Shown one piece after another: positions 19,094 to 28,184 of a stretch of 47,939 nt of DNA (positions within the stretch are counted from its first letter, which is position 1; each line of letters begins with the position of its first letter). The notes beneath the pieces were generated by a model. That model saw nothing but the letters and a program-made list of their open reading frames with translations. It made no database searches and was not told where the DNA came from. Origin of the DNA: a virus (Duplodnaviria > Caudoviricetes); the IMG/VR virus record IMGVR_UViG_3300031953_000030, positions 1 through 47,939 of that record, one strand, 5' to 3'. The position numbers and the translations under genes are program-made.

Positions 19094-19717
19094 TCAAGAC
19101 AGACGTACCGGCTTGGCGAAAAGTGTCGAAGATGCAGACTTCGTTACCCAAATGACAGCGGCCGGGGCAGTTGCGGAAAGAACAACGCCAGCCCAAGTAT
19201 CCGGTGACACAAAATTCCACTCATGGAAAGACAGGGTGTGATAAGCGTTACCAAGGATCGCAATGGAACTAAACACGACGAGTCCCCAGAAGTCTCCGGC
19301 CGCTGTCACTTGCCCACCCGTTTCGGTGGCTCGTGAGGAACGAATCACGTAGTTGACAGTGAAGTACCCAATAAGCACTTCAATGAACCCGAAGAACATA
19401 TACGCCATCCACCCGGCAGACAACCCAACGAGTGCGGAAATGCTTGTGATCCCATTGAAACTAATCACGCCACTGGTAATGACCGCAATGGTGCCCAGCA
19501 CGAGCGCCACCGTAAGGGTCTTATTGGTATCCGGCTGTACGGGTACGGCACGTTTAGCCTCTTGGCGCTCGTAACGTTCCTTGATGCGATCCTGTTCCTC
19601 TTGGCGGCGTGCAGCTTGCACCTTCATGGGGTGGTTGGGGTTGCCCGGCTTTGGGCCACGCTTTTTCCCGGCCGGGTGGTTCGCCTTGGACTTATTGAGT
19701 TCGGTTACGTTGCTCAT
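19094..19717 (-). CDS. Membrane protein, DUF2637-like
   Basis: Four TM segments with ISF, GNAYH and ATAP motifs. Confidence 0.65.
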   Translation of the reverse strand: MSNVTELNKSKANHPAGKKRGPKPGNPNHPMKVQAARRQEEQDRIKERYERQEAKRAVPVQPDTNKTLTVALVLGTIAVITSGVISFNGITSISALVGLSAGWMAYMFFGFIEVLIGYFTVNYVIRSSRATETGGQVTAAGDFWGLVVFSSIAILGNAYHTLSFHEWNFVSPDTWAGVVLSATAPAAVIWVTKSASSTLFAKPVRLS

Positions 19718-19965
19718 TCGTCACCTCCAAGTAGGTTGATCCTTGCCTCAAGTAAGTTGATCCTTGCCTCAAGGCGCTTGATATACTTCTCGTCATATTC
19801 CATAGTCAATTGTGCGTTTTCCAGAGTGTCAGCTAGACGCGTCAGTAGCGACTCCATCAGTTTACCGGGTCCACCCGCGAGGAACGGACCAGCCAAAGCT
19901 CGCGCTTCTTCAACCAGCGCATCCACAACAAGTGCGTCAATAATCACATCATTCTCACTACTCAT
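19714..19965 (-). CDS. Hypothetical coiled-coil protein
   Basis: ATGA overlaps; contains a 21-bp tandem duplication. Confidence 0.65.
   Translation of the reverse strand: MSSENDVIIDALVVDALVEEARALAGPFLAGGPGKLMESLLTRLADTLENAQLTMEYDEKYIKRLEARINLLEARINLLGGDE
19728..19773. repeat. 21-bp tandem duplication encoding LEARINL twice
   Basis: CAAGTAGGTTGATCCTTGCCT and CAAGTAAGTTGATCCTTGCCT. Confidence 0.9.
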
Positions 19966-20222
19966 TCGTCACCCCCCGCAAGTCCATTCTTTGCCATATT
20001 GATAAGCTCCTCACGGACGTAACCCTCCATCGGGTACTCGTCCTGCAAGCTTTCCAGTATATGAAGAACCGTGTTCAGGTTGGTGCGCACCTGATTGTTG
20101 ATAAGCTGCTCCGCGTAATGCTCGATAGGGGTGCGCTCGTCGTATTCAAGCCGATACTTCCAGTCATCAAAGTCAAGAATCGGGTTGACAATATCCCCTT
20201 TTACCACATCGTAGTCAATCAT
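19962..20222 (-). CDS. Hypothetical protein
   Basis: GGGAGG RBS. Confidence 0.7.
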   Translation of the reverse strand: MIDYDVVKGDIVNPILDFDDWKYRLEYDERTPIEHYAEQLINNQVRTNLNTVLHILESLQDEYPMEGYVREELINMAKNGLAGGDE

Positions 20223-20227
20223 GTAAA

Positions 20228-21700
20228 CTACCTCCCTCTCTTCGCGGCATTGTTCTGCAACGCCTGTTCAATAAGTGTATCCAAAACATCAAGATCATAG
20301 GTGTCATTTGCCATAATCTTTGTAATACTCACAGGGTACTCCTGCCCCTGTCGCCACACCCGTCCGATGGCCTGCTGCGTAAGGTAATCCATACCTTCAA
20401 CCTCTGAAAGAATCGTAACATCACGCGACACATGCTGCAACCCATCCAAACCAATTCCTGCCGCCTGCGTTGTGCAAACAAGATGAGTTACCTCACCACT
20501 AATGAATGCTTCCTTGCGTATAGAACGCTCCGCATGAGACTGTGCTCCCGTGTACGATACTGCACCGGGAATGCGTGCCGCAACGTTCTCGGCAAACTTC
20601 TGCGAATCCGTAAAGATAACGTGCGGTCGTCCACCGGTTTCCTCAATCAACTCTTTTAGCTCATCGAACTTGGAAGATTTCCCTCCCGGTTTGAAATCCA
20701 CAACACCATCCTCGCGGATAGCGAACTCGCCCAAGGCAACCTGTCGTAAACGGATACGCATAGTCACATCAAGCTCGACCACCAACGGGTTGTCCTCAAT
20801 CCATGTCACCATGTCATCAACAATCTCGTCATACATGCGACGCTGCACAGGGTGAAGATCAACCCAACGCACATCAACCCCCGGCATAACCCCAAGGGTG
20901 GACTCCAGACGACCGTACGCGGGAAGGGTGGACACGAACATTCCCGGCTCAAGCTCACCCGCAGTGTACTTCTTCTTGTTGAAAGCAAAATGGTCGTACT
21001 CACTCTTCAGGTACGTGTCACAGAAGAGGAGAAAGTTTGTGGTCACAACGTTCGGCCAAATACAATATGCCGGTGCCCACATACCAGTCAGCTTCGCACC
21101 AAACCAGTCAGCAGACAAGCCAACCTTCAGGCCCGCCTTCGCATCACGGAACGTTTTGAATGAGCGCCCCTTGCGGTCGGCAACCATCTGCACTTCATCG
21201 TACACAAGGACATCGAACGGGTGCTTACGCCAAACCTTATGCTGTTTTGCCTTCTTTACTGGCTTACCAGTCTTCTCGCTCAGGATCGGTTGCCCGTCAG
21301 GTGCCAACTGTTCTTGCAGCTCCCAGTCAAGGCGTTGGAACATTTCACGGGAAAGAAAAAACCACCCCTTGTCGCCATTCAGCAACTTTCGTAAAGTTTC
21401 TTTTTCATCCTTGTTACGGTTCGATGCACGCTGCAAGGTTATCTCACCATTCGACTGGCGGTGGACTGTACCCAACCAACCATCAGCCTTCCCAGCACGC
21501 TCATTGATGATACCAAACGTGCCGGGAGGTGCAACAATCAGAACCCGCTCAGCCCACACCCGAAGGGCAGACTCCACAGCAATCAACGTCTTACCGCGAC
21601 CAGTAACGTGACCGCCAAGGTAGCCGCCCGAAGTTGTGCCGGTGGCTTTGTCAATCTCAAGTTCTTGGTGTTCGTCTGGAATCATCGGTTGAAATGTCAA
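20228..21700 (-). CDS. SF2 (SNF2-like) DNA helicase
   Basis: TGRGKT, YDEVQ, GLSA, GIGLDGLQ and QAIGRVWRQGQ motifs. Confidence 0.92.
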   Translation of the reverse strand: MTFQPMIPDEHQELEIDKATGTTSGGYLGGHVTGRGKTLIAVESALRVWAERVLIVAPPGTFGIINERAGKADGWLGTVHRQSNGEITLQRASNRNKDEKETLRKLLNGDKGWFFLSREMFQRLDWELQEQLAPDGQPILSEKTGKPVKKAKQHKVWRKHPFDVLVYDEVQMVADRKGRSFKTFRDAKAGLKVGLSADWFGAKLTGMWAPAYCIWPNVVTTNFLLFCDTYLKSEYDHFAFNKKKYTAGELEPGMFVSTLPAYGRLESTLGVMPGVDVRWVDLHPVQRRMYDEIVDDMVTWIEDNPLVVELDVTMRIRLRQVALGEFAIREDGVVDFKPGGKSSKFDELKELIEETGGRPHVIFTDSQKFAENVAARIPGAVSYTGAQSHAERSIRKEAFISGEVTHLVCTTQAAGIGLDGLQHVSRDVTILSEVEGMDYLTQQAIGRVWRQGQEYPVSITKIMANDTYDLDVLDTLIEQALQNNAAKRGR

Positions 21701-21755
21701 GGCTGTGTACCTGCTTTCTTCAAATCAAGGCTGTGGGGTTTAGTTGGCGTGCATC

Positions 21756-21836
21756 TTACGAGAAGTCAGCGTTGTTGTGCGTAAAAAGCTCCAGCCCCTT
21801 CGCCTTGGCAACCGCGATCTCTTCTAACGCCACCAT
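21756..21836 (-). pseudogene. Relic of an HNH-AP2 endonuclease C-terminus
   Basis: AVAKAKGLELFTHNNAD versus AVAKAKRLELFTHNYAD in the 27065-27715 protein. Confidence 0.7.
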
Positions 21837-22597
21837 GCACCACCCTTCCGTGTCAAAAACTTACGAACAAACAGTAGGCCAAGACCAGCCGCAAACAGCA
21901 GTCCAGCCATAATAAACCCAGCCGTATCGTTGCCTCCAGTGTACGCAAGCTCCTTCGCCTCCATAACGGGGACAACGGGAGAACTTAGAACACCCTCAAC
22001 AGGCTTCACGACATCAACAGCACGGGACTCCTTCTCGGCGGAAACTTCAGGAACCACTTCAGGCTCTACAACATCCACCGGGCACGTCTCACCAAAGTCA
22101 ACCTCTGGGCACGGGTTATCCCCTACGCATGAGGTCGGATCGCCGTACTCGTTGAGCCAGCCGGGAACAGTGCCCTCGCCACAATTCATGATTGGTGCGG
22201 TGTATGGGGGCTCCTCGACTGTGGGTGATTCTTCGGCTGGCGGCTCGTCCACTGCCGGAACCTCAACAACTGGCTCTTCGGCTACGGGCTCCTCCACTTC
22301 TGTCGGAGTCTCTTCTTCGACCGCTGGTTCCTCAGAAGGTGGCTCAACGGACACCACAGGGGCAGGACATCCACCCGCCGGGGCAGGAATCAGATCGCCA
22401 TGCCCGTCATGCGCGGACAATGCCGGGGCCGCGATCTCAATGCTCACCCACGGATTAGTTTCGCCTCCCGTGGCATGGCAGATAACAACCTTCTCCTGCC
22501 CCGTCGCAATGGCCGCACTAGCCCCAGCAAAAACAAGACCAAAAACAAGACCAAAACTAACAACAACAGCGGCCATCCCGCCAATAAACTTACGCAT
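21824..22597 (-). CDS. Secreted, sortase-anchored (LPXTG-like) surface protein
   Basis: Signal peptide; KVVICHATG..NPW motif; Pro/Glu-rich linker; LAYTG, TM and basic tail; GGAGG RBS. Confidence 0.8.
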   Translation of the reverse strand: MRKFIGGMAAVVVSFGLVFGLVFAGASAAIATGQEKVVICHATGGETNPWVSIEIAAPALSAHDGHGDLIPAPAGGCPAPVVSVEPPSEEPAVEEETPTEVEEPVAEEPVVEVPAVDEPPAEESPTVEEPPYTAPIMNCGEGTVPGWLNEYGDPTSCVGDNPCPEVDFGETCPVDVVEPEVVPEVSAEKESRAVDVVKPVEGVLSSPVVPVMEAKELAYTGGNDTAGFIMAGLLFAAGLGLLFVRKFLTRKGGAWWR

Positions 22598-22853
22598 CAA
22601 GCATACCTCCCAAAATCTCATCAACCCAGTTCTCGGCACCATCAAACGAATCAAACTCTTTTTGCTGAACCGAACCATCATCAGGCAGGTGAATGCCAAC
22701 CTCATAATCCCCATTACGCAGAAGGATCGGAAACACATCAATCCACATATCGTAACGGTCACGCAAAACATCCTCAAGCTGGCCGCACTCCTCCCACAAC
22801 CAATCAATGCTAGGCGAGTCAGACGCAAGTACAGCCTCTTGTTCCCAATCCAT
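22590..22853 (-). CDS. Hypothetical acidic protein
   Basis: GGGAGG RBS before ATG 22853. Confidence 0.65.
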   Translation of the reverse strand: MDWEQEAVLASDSPSIDWLWEECGQLEDVLRDRYDMWIDVFPILLRNGDYEVGIHLPDDGSVQQKEFDSFDGAENWVDEILGGMLDA

Positions 22854-22872
22854 AATAAACCTCCCTCTCTCC

Positions 22873-22895
22873 AAAACTTGTTACCTATAACCTAC
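22873..22895 (-). promoter_or_regulatory. 23-bp conserved motif, copy 1
   Basis: GTAGGTTATAGGTAACAAGTTTT; 22/23 identical to 25120-25142; directly upstream of an RBS. Confidence 0.75.
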
Positions 22896-23050
22896 TTGCG
22901 TCCACGCCTAAAGTCAAGAGAATCTCTATGAATATTCCTACGTTCGTCGCCTTTGCCGACAACGCTAAACACACCGTCGCCCACATACTCCACAATACGC
23001 ACATAACCAAACTTGGTATGTGCAAATCTAGGATAAGTTTCAATCCTCAT
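22892..23050 (-). CDS. Small hypothetical protein
   Basis: MRIETYPRF...; coupled to its neighbours. Confidence 0.6.
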   Translation of the reverse strand: MRIETYPRFAHTKFGYVRIVEYVGDGVFSVVGKGDERRNIHRDSLDFRRGRK

Positions 23051-23348
23051 TAGAAGACCACCCCTCCCGAGACAACCGCAACTTCTTCGCCTCGGCATCA
23101 GCCGCACGACCAACCTCATAAGCCCACTCATCAAACAATTCATCCGACGCAACACGGTGCGTCCGGCACCCCTTCACAAACGACTCCTCGGCCTTACCCC
23201 GAGTGTAGTCAACGACGAAAACAAACTCAGTTACGCCGGGGTGTTTCGGAAACTGTTGCTCCGCGTGCAAAGACGCTTGCTCCCACTCAAACAAATGCGA
23301 CCCCGGCTTACGCGGCTTGAACGCCGGAAGTGTTACCGGGTCAGGCAT
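23040..23348 (-). CDS. Hypothetical protein
   Basis: ORF with TGATG coupling. Confidence 0.65.
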   Translation of the reverse strand: MPDPVTLPAFKPRKPGSHLFEWEQASLHAEQQFPKHPGVTEFVFVVDYTRGKAEESFVKGCRTHRVASDELFDEWAYEVGRAADAEAKKLRLSREGWSSNED

Positions 23349-23509
23349 CAGTCCACATCTTTCTCCACATACTCAATCCAACAAAGAGGGTAAGACTCCT
23401 CAAGCCCACGATCAGACGCATCCTGCATTGAATAAAAAGTTGCGACAACATAACCGGCAGTAGCACCACCAGTCTCCCGGTGATCCTTGCGACAAATAGC
23501 CTCAATCAT
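23348..23509 (-). CDS. Small hypothetical protein, 53 aa (MIEAICRKDH...)
   Basis: GGAGGAG RBS; stop/start overlaps at both ends. Confidence 0.6.
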   Translation of the reverse strand: MIEAICRKDHRETGGATAGYVVATFYSMQDASDRGLEESYPLCWIEYVEKDVD

Positions 23510-24177
23510 CACTCCTCCCCAAACTCATCATCATCAGCAAACGCCGCATCAGACATTTCAAGGTACTCCTTCGAGCCAACCTCAATCGGACGACGCTTCG
23601 TGCGCTCCGCCAAAAACGCCTCAGAATCATTACGGAACTCCGTACCACCCAAAGGCAGAACCTCATCCGCAACAAAATCTGTCGTATTAGCAAGGACATA
23701 ATCAAAAATCAGTTGCCAGCTACGGTCAATGATCGGCTGGTCAATCGGAGCAACAGATCTTGCAGTAAGACGCAGCGGGTCAAAGTCGAAATCAACGCTA
23801 AGGCCAGCAGGCGTTACAAGTGCATAATTCTTAGTCCCCATCACATAAAGGTTCTTGTCAAGACTCTCATCCTCAAAGACATACGCCTTACGAGTCACCA
23901 CCGCAACCTCATCACGTGCCGATAGCGTAGCCTTCACGCCATAAACCCTGTTCGGATTCTGCGTACCCAGCCCAATCGTATGAACATGACGCGGACGAAC
24001 ACCATTCCGCAAAGCATCAGCAATCGCAGCATCAGTCAACGCCGCAGCCGGTGCCACCAAAGTCCGCTCCAAATCTGCTGCACGCTGCCGCGCCAATTCA
24101 GAAGCCTTGCGCTCCACCTCCAAAGCATCCTCAACAGCCTTCAAAAACTTATGGTCATTACTCACCGGATTAGCCAT
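23509..24177 (-). CDS. Hypothetical protein
   Basis: 222-aa ORF in the operon. Confidence 0.7.
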   Translation of the reverse strand: MANPVSNDHKFLKAVEDALEVERKASELARQRAADLERTLVAPAAALTDAAIADALRNGVRPRHVHTIGLGTQNPNRVYGVKATLSARDEVAVVTRKAYVFEDESLDKNLYVMGTKNYALVTPAGLSVDFDFDPLRLTARSVAPIDQPIIDRSWQLIFDYVLANTTDFVADEVLPLGGTEFRNDSEAFLAERTKRRPIEVGSKEYLEMSDAAFADDDEFGEE

Positions 24178-24312
24178 TCAACTACCTACCTTCGTCTTGT
24201 TTACAGAAAATGTTTGTTCCCCACAGCGCCCACACCGGAATGCGATCAGATCGAACGACACCGTTACGGGTCGCCAACGGGTATGACCAAAAATGCGACA
24301 CAGAACGCTCAC
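24178..24312 (-). CDS. Small Zn-finger protein (DUF1660-like)
   Basis: MSVLCRIFGH...CGRCG; GTGA overlap. Confidence 0.6.
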   Translation of the reverse strand: MSVLCRIFGHTRWRPVTVSFDLIAFRCGRCGEQTFSVNKTKVGS

Positions 24313-24872
24313 TGGGTGCCTTCCGTGACCTCATCAGGGGGTACGTCTTCCCATTCGCCAACGCTTCGACGTTGCGCCCAGAACCCGTCATCGAGTACGG
24401 GCATCGCTTCGAAGATTGCGTCCGGCTGCGATCCGCCACGCTCAATGCGGCGGCGATACTCCCATTCAGGCGCTACCGGCTCGACAATCTCAACTGTGAT
24501 CCCGCGTTCATTTGCGCGATCCAACAGTTGATCGATCATCTGTTGAGTCTTCCCAGACTTCCGCGAGTGAACAGCAAAAGTAACCCTTGTCGGCTCTACC
24601 GGGGCGGGGAGACGGAAACCCGCCACGAGGATCGCATCAGCCAAAGTTTCATCGTTGCTCTTGGTGATTGTTTCCAATGACGTGGTACGATTCGACCAGT
24701 CGCGGAATACCTTGTATAAAGCTTCCCGTTCGTTCTCGGTCGGTACGGTGACAGCCTCCAAAGCATCCAGAACGTCTCGATACAGGTTAAGATCAACCGA
24801 ATGCACAGGATTGTTGGTGACAGCCGAGAGGTTGCGCTGTGCCTCCACAATCAGGTCGGTGATGTCACGCAT
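24309..24872 (-). CDS. Hypothetical protein
   Basis: ORF in the operon. Confidence 0.7.
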   Translation of the reverse strand: MRDITDLIVEAQRNLSAVTNNPVHSVDLNLYRDVLDALEAVTVPTENEREALYKVFRDWSNRTTSLETITKSNDETLADAILVAGFRLPAPVEPTRVTFAVHSRKSGKTQQMIDQLLDRANERGITVEIVEPVAPEWEYRRRIERGGSQPDAIFEAMPVLDDGFWAQRRSVGEWEDVPPDEVTEGTQ

Positions 24873-25104
24873 CGTTGTTCCCTTCGTTCAGTTGTTCGCG
24901 GATAGCGGTTGCGACCGAGTGGGACACCCAATATTCCGAGAAATTGGTTTCCGCAATCGCAGCGTCCTTCTCAATTTGGTCGGCACGTACCGCAGCATCG
25001 TGGGCAGCCAGCCAGCGGTCAAACATGCGAAGCAGGTCGCCCGAAAGCCAGTTGCGGATGTCGTCTCGCTCGTCCAAATATTTCGCCTTGTCACTCACTA
25101 TCAA
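24865..25104 (-). CDS. Hypothetical protein (FDRWLxAHD family)
   Basis: Motif shared with 35410-35649. Confidence 0.7.
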   Translation of the reverse strand: MIVSDKAKYLDERDDIRNWLSGDLLRMFDRWLAAHDAAVRADQIEKDAAIAETNFSEYWVSHSVATAIREQLNEGNNDA

Positions 25105-25119
25105 ACCTCTTTCCTCTCG

Positions 25120-25142
25120 AAAACCTGTTACCTATAACCTAC
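25120..25142 (-). promoter_or_regulatory. 23-bp conserved motif, copy 2
   Basis: GTAGGTTATAGGTAACAGGTTTT. Confidence 0.75.
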
Positions 25143-25169
25143 CAATAAACAATACAAAACACAAGAAGT

Positions 25170-25661
25170 CTAGTCGGAAGAAATACCAAACTCTTTACGG
25201 GCTGCCTCGAAAACATCGTCAGACATATCGTGCTCGAAAAAGTGGAGCACCTTCTTCGCCGTTACCGCAACCGGCGCGAGAGGCGTGAATGGGATAAATC
25301 GCTGAGGATCGCCAAGCTTCACTGGATTGCCGCCCGCGTGATTGATGAGCAGCTTTCCGCTTGCGTCAACCTCAACAGGGAACACAGATTCCGCTAGTTT
25401 GTCGAACGCAAGATACCAGCCCGGTTCCATAGGGATCACCACGGCAGGTTTTGCCGGAACAAAGAGAGTCCACACCGTGTTCGTGATGTGCAAAGAACCC
25501 GGAATGCCACTGACAAGCAAAGCAATCGCGTGCACCTCGGCGTTCGAAAACCTGTGGCAATTTATAATCTCACCGTCGAGTACGTTGTCTCCGCGTACCA
25601 CCCTCACCTGATCGCCAACTGCGACCTTTGACCAGTCCTCTTGTACGACCCAGTCAGTCAT
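25170..25661 (-). CDS. Hypothetical protein
   Basis: MTDWVVQEDW...; coupled to the upstream gene. Confidence 0.7.
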   Translation of the reverse strand: MTDWVVQEDWSKVAVGDQVRVVRGDNVLDGEIINCHRFSNAEVHAIALLVSGIPGSLHITNTVWTLFVPAKPAVVIPMEPGWYLAFDKLAESVFPVEVDASGKLLINHAGGNPVKLGDPQRFIPFTPLAPVAVTAKKVLHFFEHDMSDDVFEAARKEFGISSD

Positions 25662-26037
25662 CTTGCCCCTCTCGCTTGATTCGCTTGTAAACTTCCCCGG
25701 CACGCGCTAGGGCATCACCCCACGTTTCCCCTCGATCTTGCGAAACCTGCGCTGAACGCAAAACAAGACACTCAGGACCATCAATGTCGCCTAGATCGTA
25801 TCTATCGAATGCAACGCGAACAGTGAACGAGTTGCCGCTAACCTCACTCCCGGCAATCTTCACAAAAGCTTCTGGCGCAAGTCGCTTAAAAACATGCCCC
25901 GCAATGCATGAGGGGGAGCCGTTAGCATCCGAGTAGAAGCAACCGTCGTGTACATCCTTGTAGATGTAATCTTCCTTACCGGCAACAATATCACGCAGCG
26001 TTGCCATGACCTCGTCAACGTTCAGAACTTCACTCAT
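25654..26037 (-). CDS. Hypothetical protein
   Basis: AAGGAGG RBS; C.Y....PSCIAG..AQ..QD.G.TWG.A motif common in actinophages. Confidence 0.75.
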   Translation of the reverse strand: MSEVLNVDEVMATLRDIVAGKEDYIYKDVHDGCFYSDANGSPSCIAGHVFKRLAPEAFVKIAGSEVSGNSFTVRVAFDRYDLGDIDGPECLVLRSAQVSQDRGETWGDALARAGEVYKRIKREGQDD

Positions 26038-26053
26038 TCCCCGTCCTCCTTCT

Positions 26054-26461
26054 CTAGTGGCTCTTCAAGACTTCACGCAACACGGCATCAACGAGTATTG
26101 CACTTTTGTCGGATAAGTAAATACCTCCGTTACCCTCTAGCTGCACCTGCGCCCAGTACGACACCTTCTCGTATGATGAGTAGGGTCCACGCACCCGCCC
26201 CTGTAGCTCAGGTGTCGCCAACTTCACAAGTGCAACAGCAGCCGTTTCGTAACGCACCGTAATAGTACCCCCACCCTTGTGGTCGTACTCCCCGTAACCA
26301 CCCTTGTGGTCCTCCGAGAACGTTACGACAGCATATCTGGGGTCAGCATCAACGTCGATGCTATCCACCCAGTCCAGAAACCCTGTCGCGCTGCCTAGCA
26401 GACTACGTACACGCTCCAGTAGGTCTGGTGTTGGTGTGAAGCTAATCGTTACCTCAGACAT
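26054..26461 (-). CDS. Hypothetical protein
   Basis: GGAGGGG RBS before ATG 26461. Confidence 0.7.
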   Translation of the reverse strand: MSEVTISFTPTPDLLERVRSLLGSATGFLDWVDSIDVDADPRYAVVTFSEDHKGGYGEYDHKGGGTITVRYETAAVALVKLATPELQGRVRGPYSSYEKVSYWAQVQLEGNGGIYLSDKSAILVDAVLREVLKSH

Positions 26462-26639
26462 TTTGGGTGGCCCCCTCCCCTGTGGGCATAATCTCGGATG
26501 GAAGAATCTCAACACCGTTCTGACACCATGCTTGATCCCACCGAATGTTCAACCCGAGAGAGCTGATGCAGGTATCGCACACATCAAACCCGTATCGCAC
26601 AATGCGGTTGTGCTTCCCGCTTGATAAAACATCAGACAT
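26454..26639 (-). CDS. Small hypothetical protein
   Basis: GGGAGG RBS; CxxC. Confidence 0.55.
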   Translation of the reverse strand: MSDVLSSGKHNRIVRYGFDVCDTCISSLGLNIRWDQAWCQNGVEILPSEIMPTGEGATQNV

Positions 26640-27078
26640 CTTTTGCATCCTCCCGCTCGTTGTTGTCGAACATTGATCGGACAGACTCAACAACCAAATC
26701 TCGGATACTGTCAAAACCTAAGCCAGCAATAATCTCGCCAACCCTTTCGTCAATCAAGTGCCGGTGAGCAGTAACCGAATCATTCAGCAACTCTTGACCC
26801 ACGCTACGATTATTGTAGCGGTCAGCCTCACGGAACAAGCTGTAACTGCTCATCTCGCCAATTACCTTCACTACCTTGTCGGCAATGATGCGTTCAACCT
26901 TCTTGCCCCCTAGCGCAAACCCTTCTTCAACGAGCGCAAACACTGTCGCATATCCAATGTTGTCCAGAATGGTTTCAGCGCGACCCTTTTTCGCCTGCTC
27001 CCGCATCTCTGAACGGAATGCTTCGATGGCTAATTCACGTTTCGTTTCCTCGTCTAGCTCGTACTCAAAACTGCTCAT
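26632..27078 (-). CDS. Hypothetical protein
   Basis: GGGAGG RBS. Confidence 0.7.
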   Translation of the reverse strand: MSSFEYELDEETKRELAIEAFRSEMREQAKKGRAETILDNIGYATVFALVEEGFALGGKKVERIIADKVVKVIGEMSSYSLFREADRYNNRSVGQELLNDSVTAHRHLIDERVGEIIAGLGFDSIRDLVVESVRSMFDNNEREDAKDV

Positions 27079-27715
27079 CTTGATCCTCCCTTTTCGTAGT
27101 TGTGCGATCGGCGTAGTTGTGGGTAAAAAGCTCTAAGCGTTTCGCCTTAGCAACAGCCCCGGCTTCCTCGGCCGTTTCAAACAACCCGAGATAGTGCTGC
27201 TTGCCACTATCTGTGACCATCGCACGCCACCGCTCATTCTTCTTGTCCCAGTACGCACCACGGACACCCGAACGGCCAACCCTAGCGGCACCCTTGCGGT
27301 TCTCACTGCTCTGCTTACTCGTGACCGCAATCAGATGTTCTGGCCGAACACACGCATGAGTCTCGCAAATGCGTTTAATCATAAACCCCTCGGGTATCGC
27401 ACCGTACGCAAGCTCGTACGCAATACGGTTGGCACGCTTTTTACTCCCGCCGACGCTAACCTGCCCGTAGCCTTCCTTGTCCTTACCTGCGGTCCATACC
27501 CAGCACTCGCCAGACTTGTCTGTGTGTGCCTCCATACGCTCCGATAACGTCTTACGGCTTGATAGCCGCGTAAGAGGTTTTCTTACTTGCTGTTGTGCGT
27601 AGTGGTCAATGCATAGAGCATTCGAGTAGACCGGATGATCGCATCCCTCAAACGCGCATGCGACCAGTCTTTCATTAGCCGATTCTAATACTGCTTGCTG
27701 TGTCATTCCGGTCAT
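27065..27715 (-). CDS. HNH homing endonuclease with AP2 DNA-binding domain
   Basis: CWVWT..GYG..RIAYE..C....CVRPEHL; AP2 SGVRGAYW..WRA..HYLGLFET; AAAGGAGG RBS. Usual His positions read N and R, so it may be degenerate. Confidence 0.85.
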   Translation of the reverse strand: MTGMTQQAVLESANERLVACAFEGCDHPVYSNALCIDHYAQQQVRKPLTRLSSRKTLSERMEAHTDKSGECWVWTAGKDKEGYGQVSVGGSKKRANRIAYELAYGAIPEGFMIKRICETHACVRPEHLIAVTSKQSSENRKGAARVGRSGVRGAYWDKKNERWRAMVTDSGKQHYLGLFETAEEAGAVAKAKRLELFTHNYADRTTTKREDQDEQF

Positions 27716-27751
27716 TCTCAAGCCTCCTTTTGGGCAGCTATTCTTCTTGCC

Positions 27752-28138
27752 TGTGGATAACATTGTAACTCATGTAACCCCCCATGTCAACGTTATGTAA
27801 GGAACTAGTAATCACTTGCAGTAATCCAATCAGGTTATTCCCCTAAATCGCTATCTGGATTATATTTATATTATAGCGATATAATCCGTATATATATCTT
27901 CACGGATAAGCCTATGTGGTCGAGGCAAGTGATTACTATCTGGTCGAATAAAAACATATCTGGCAAAAATAGGGAAAGTCTGAGTCTGAGACGTTTGCAG
28001 GGATTTTGTTCGACAGCTAGGTACCCCCTTAAGATTAAAGCCTATCTAGTATATATATATTTATATAGAAATAGGCTTATTTGGAGGTAGGGGGTAGCTC
28101 CACCGAACCTTAGAGTTTACCTCAAGAAGTTATCCACA
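27752..28138. other. Putative replication origin
   Basis: AT-rich and ORF-free; nested inverted repeats; perfect DnaA boxes TGTGGATAA 27752-27760 and TTATCCACA 28130-28138. Confidence 0.6.
27762..27790 (-). promoter_or_regulatory. Near-consensus sigma-A promoter
   Basis: TTGACA-17 nt-TACAAT on the minus strand. Confidence 0.88.
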
Positions 28139-28184
28139 AGGTGCAAAGTGGCCGCAGTAAGGAAAATACCAACAACAATTGTCA

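Noticed and set aside
21930-22931. 333-aa plus-strand Ser/Thr/Gly-rich ORF
   Set aside because: It is the antisense shadow of the Pro/Glu-rich surface protein gene
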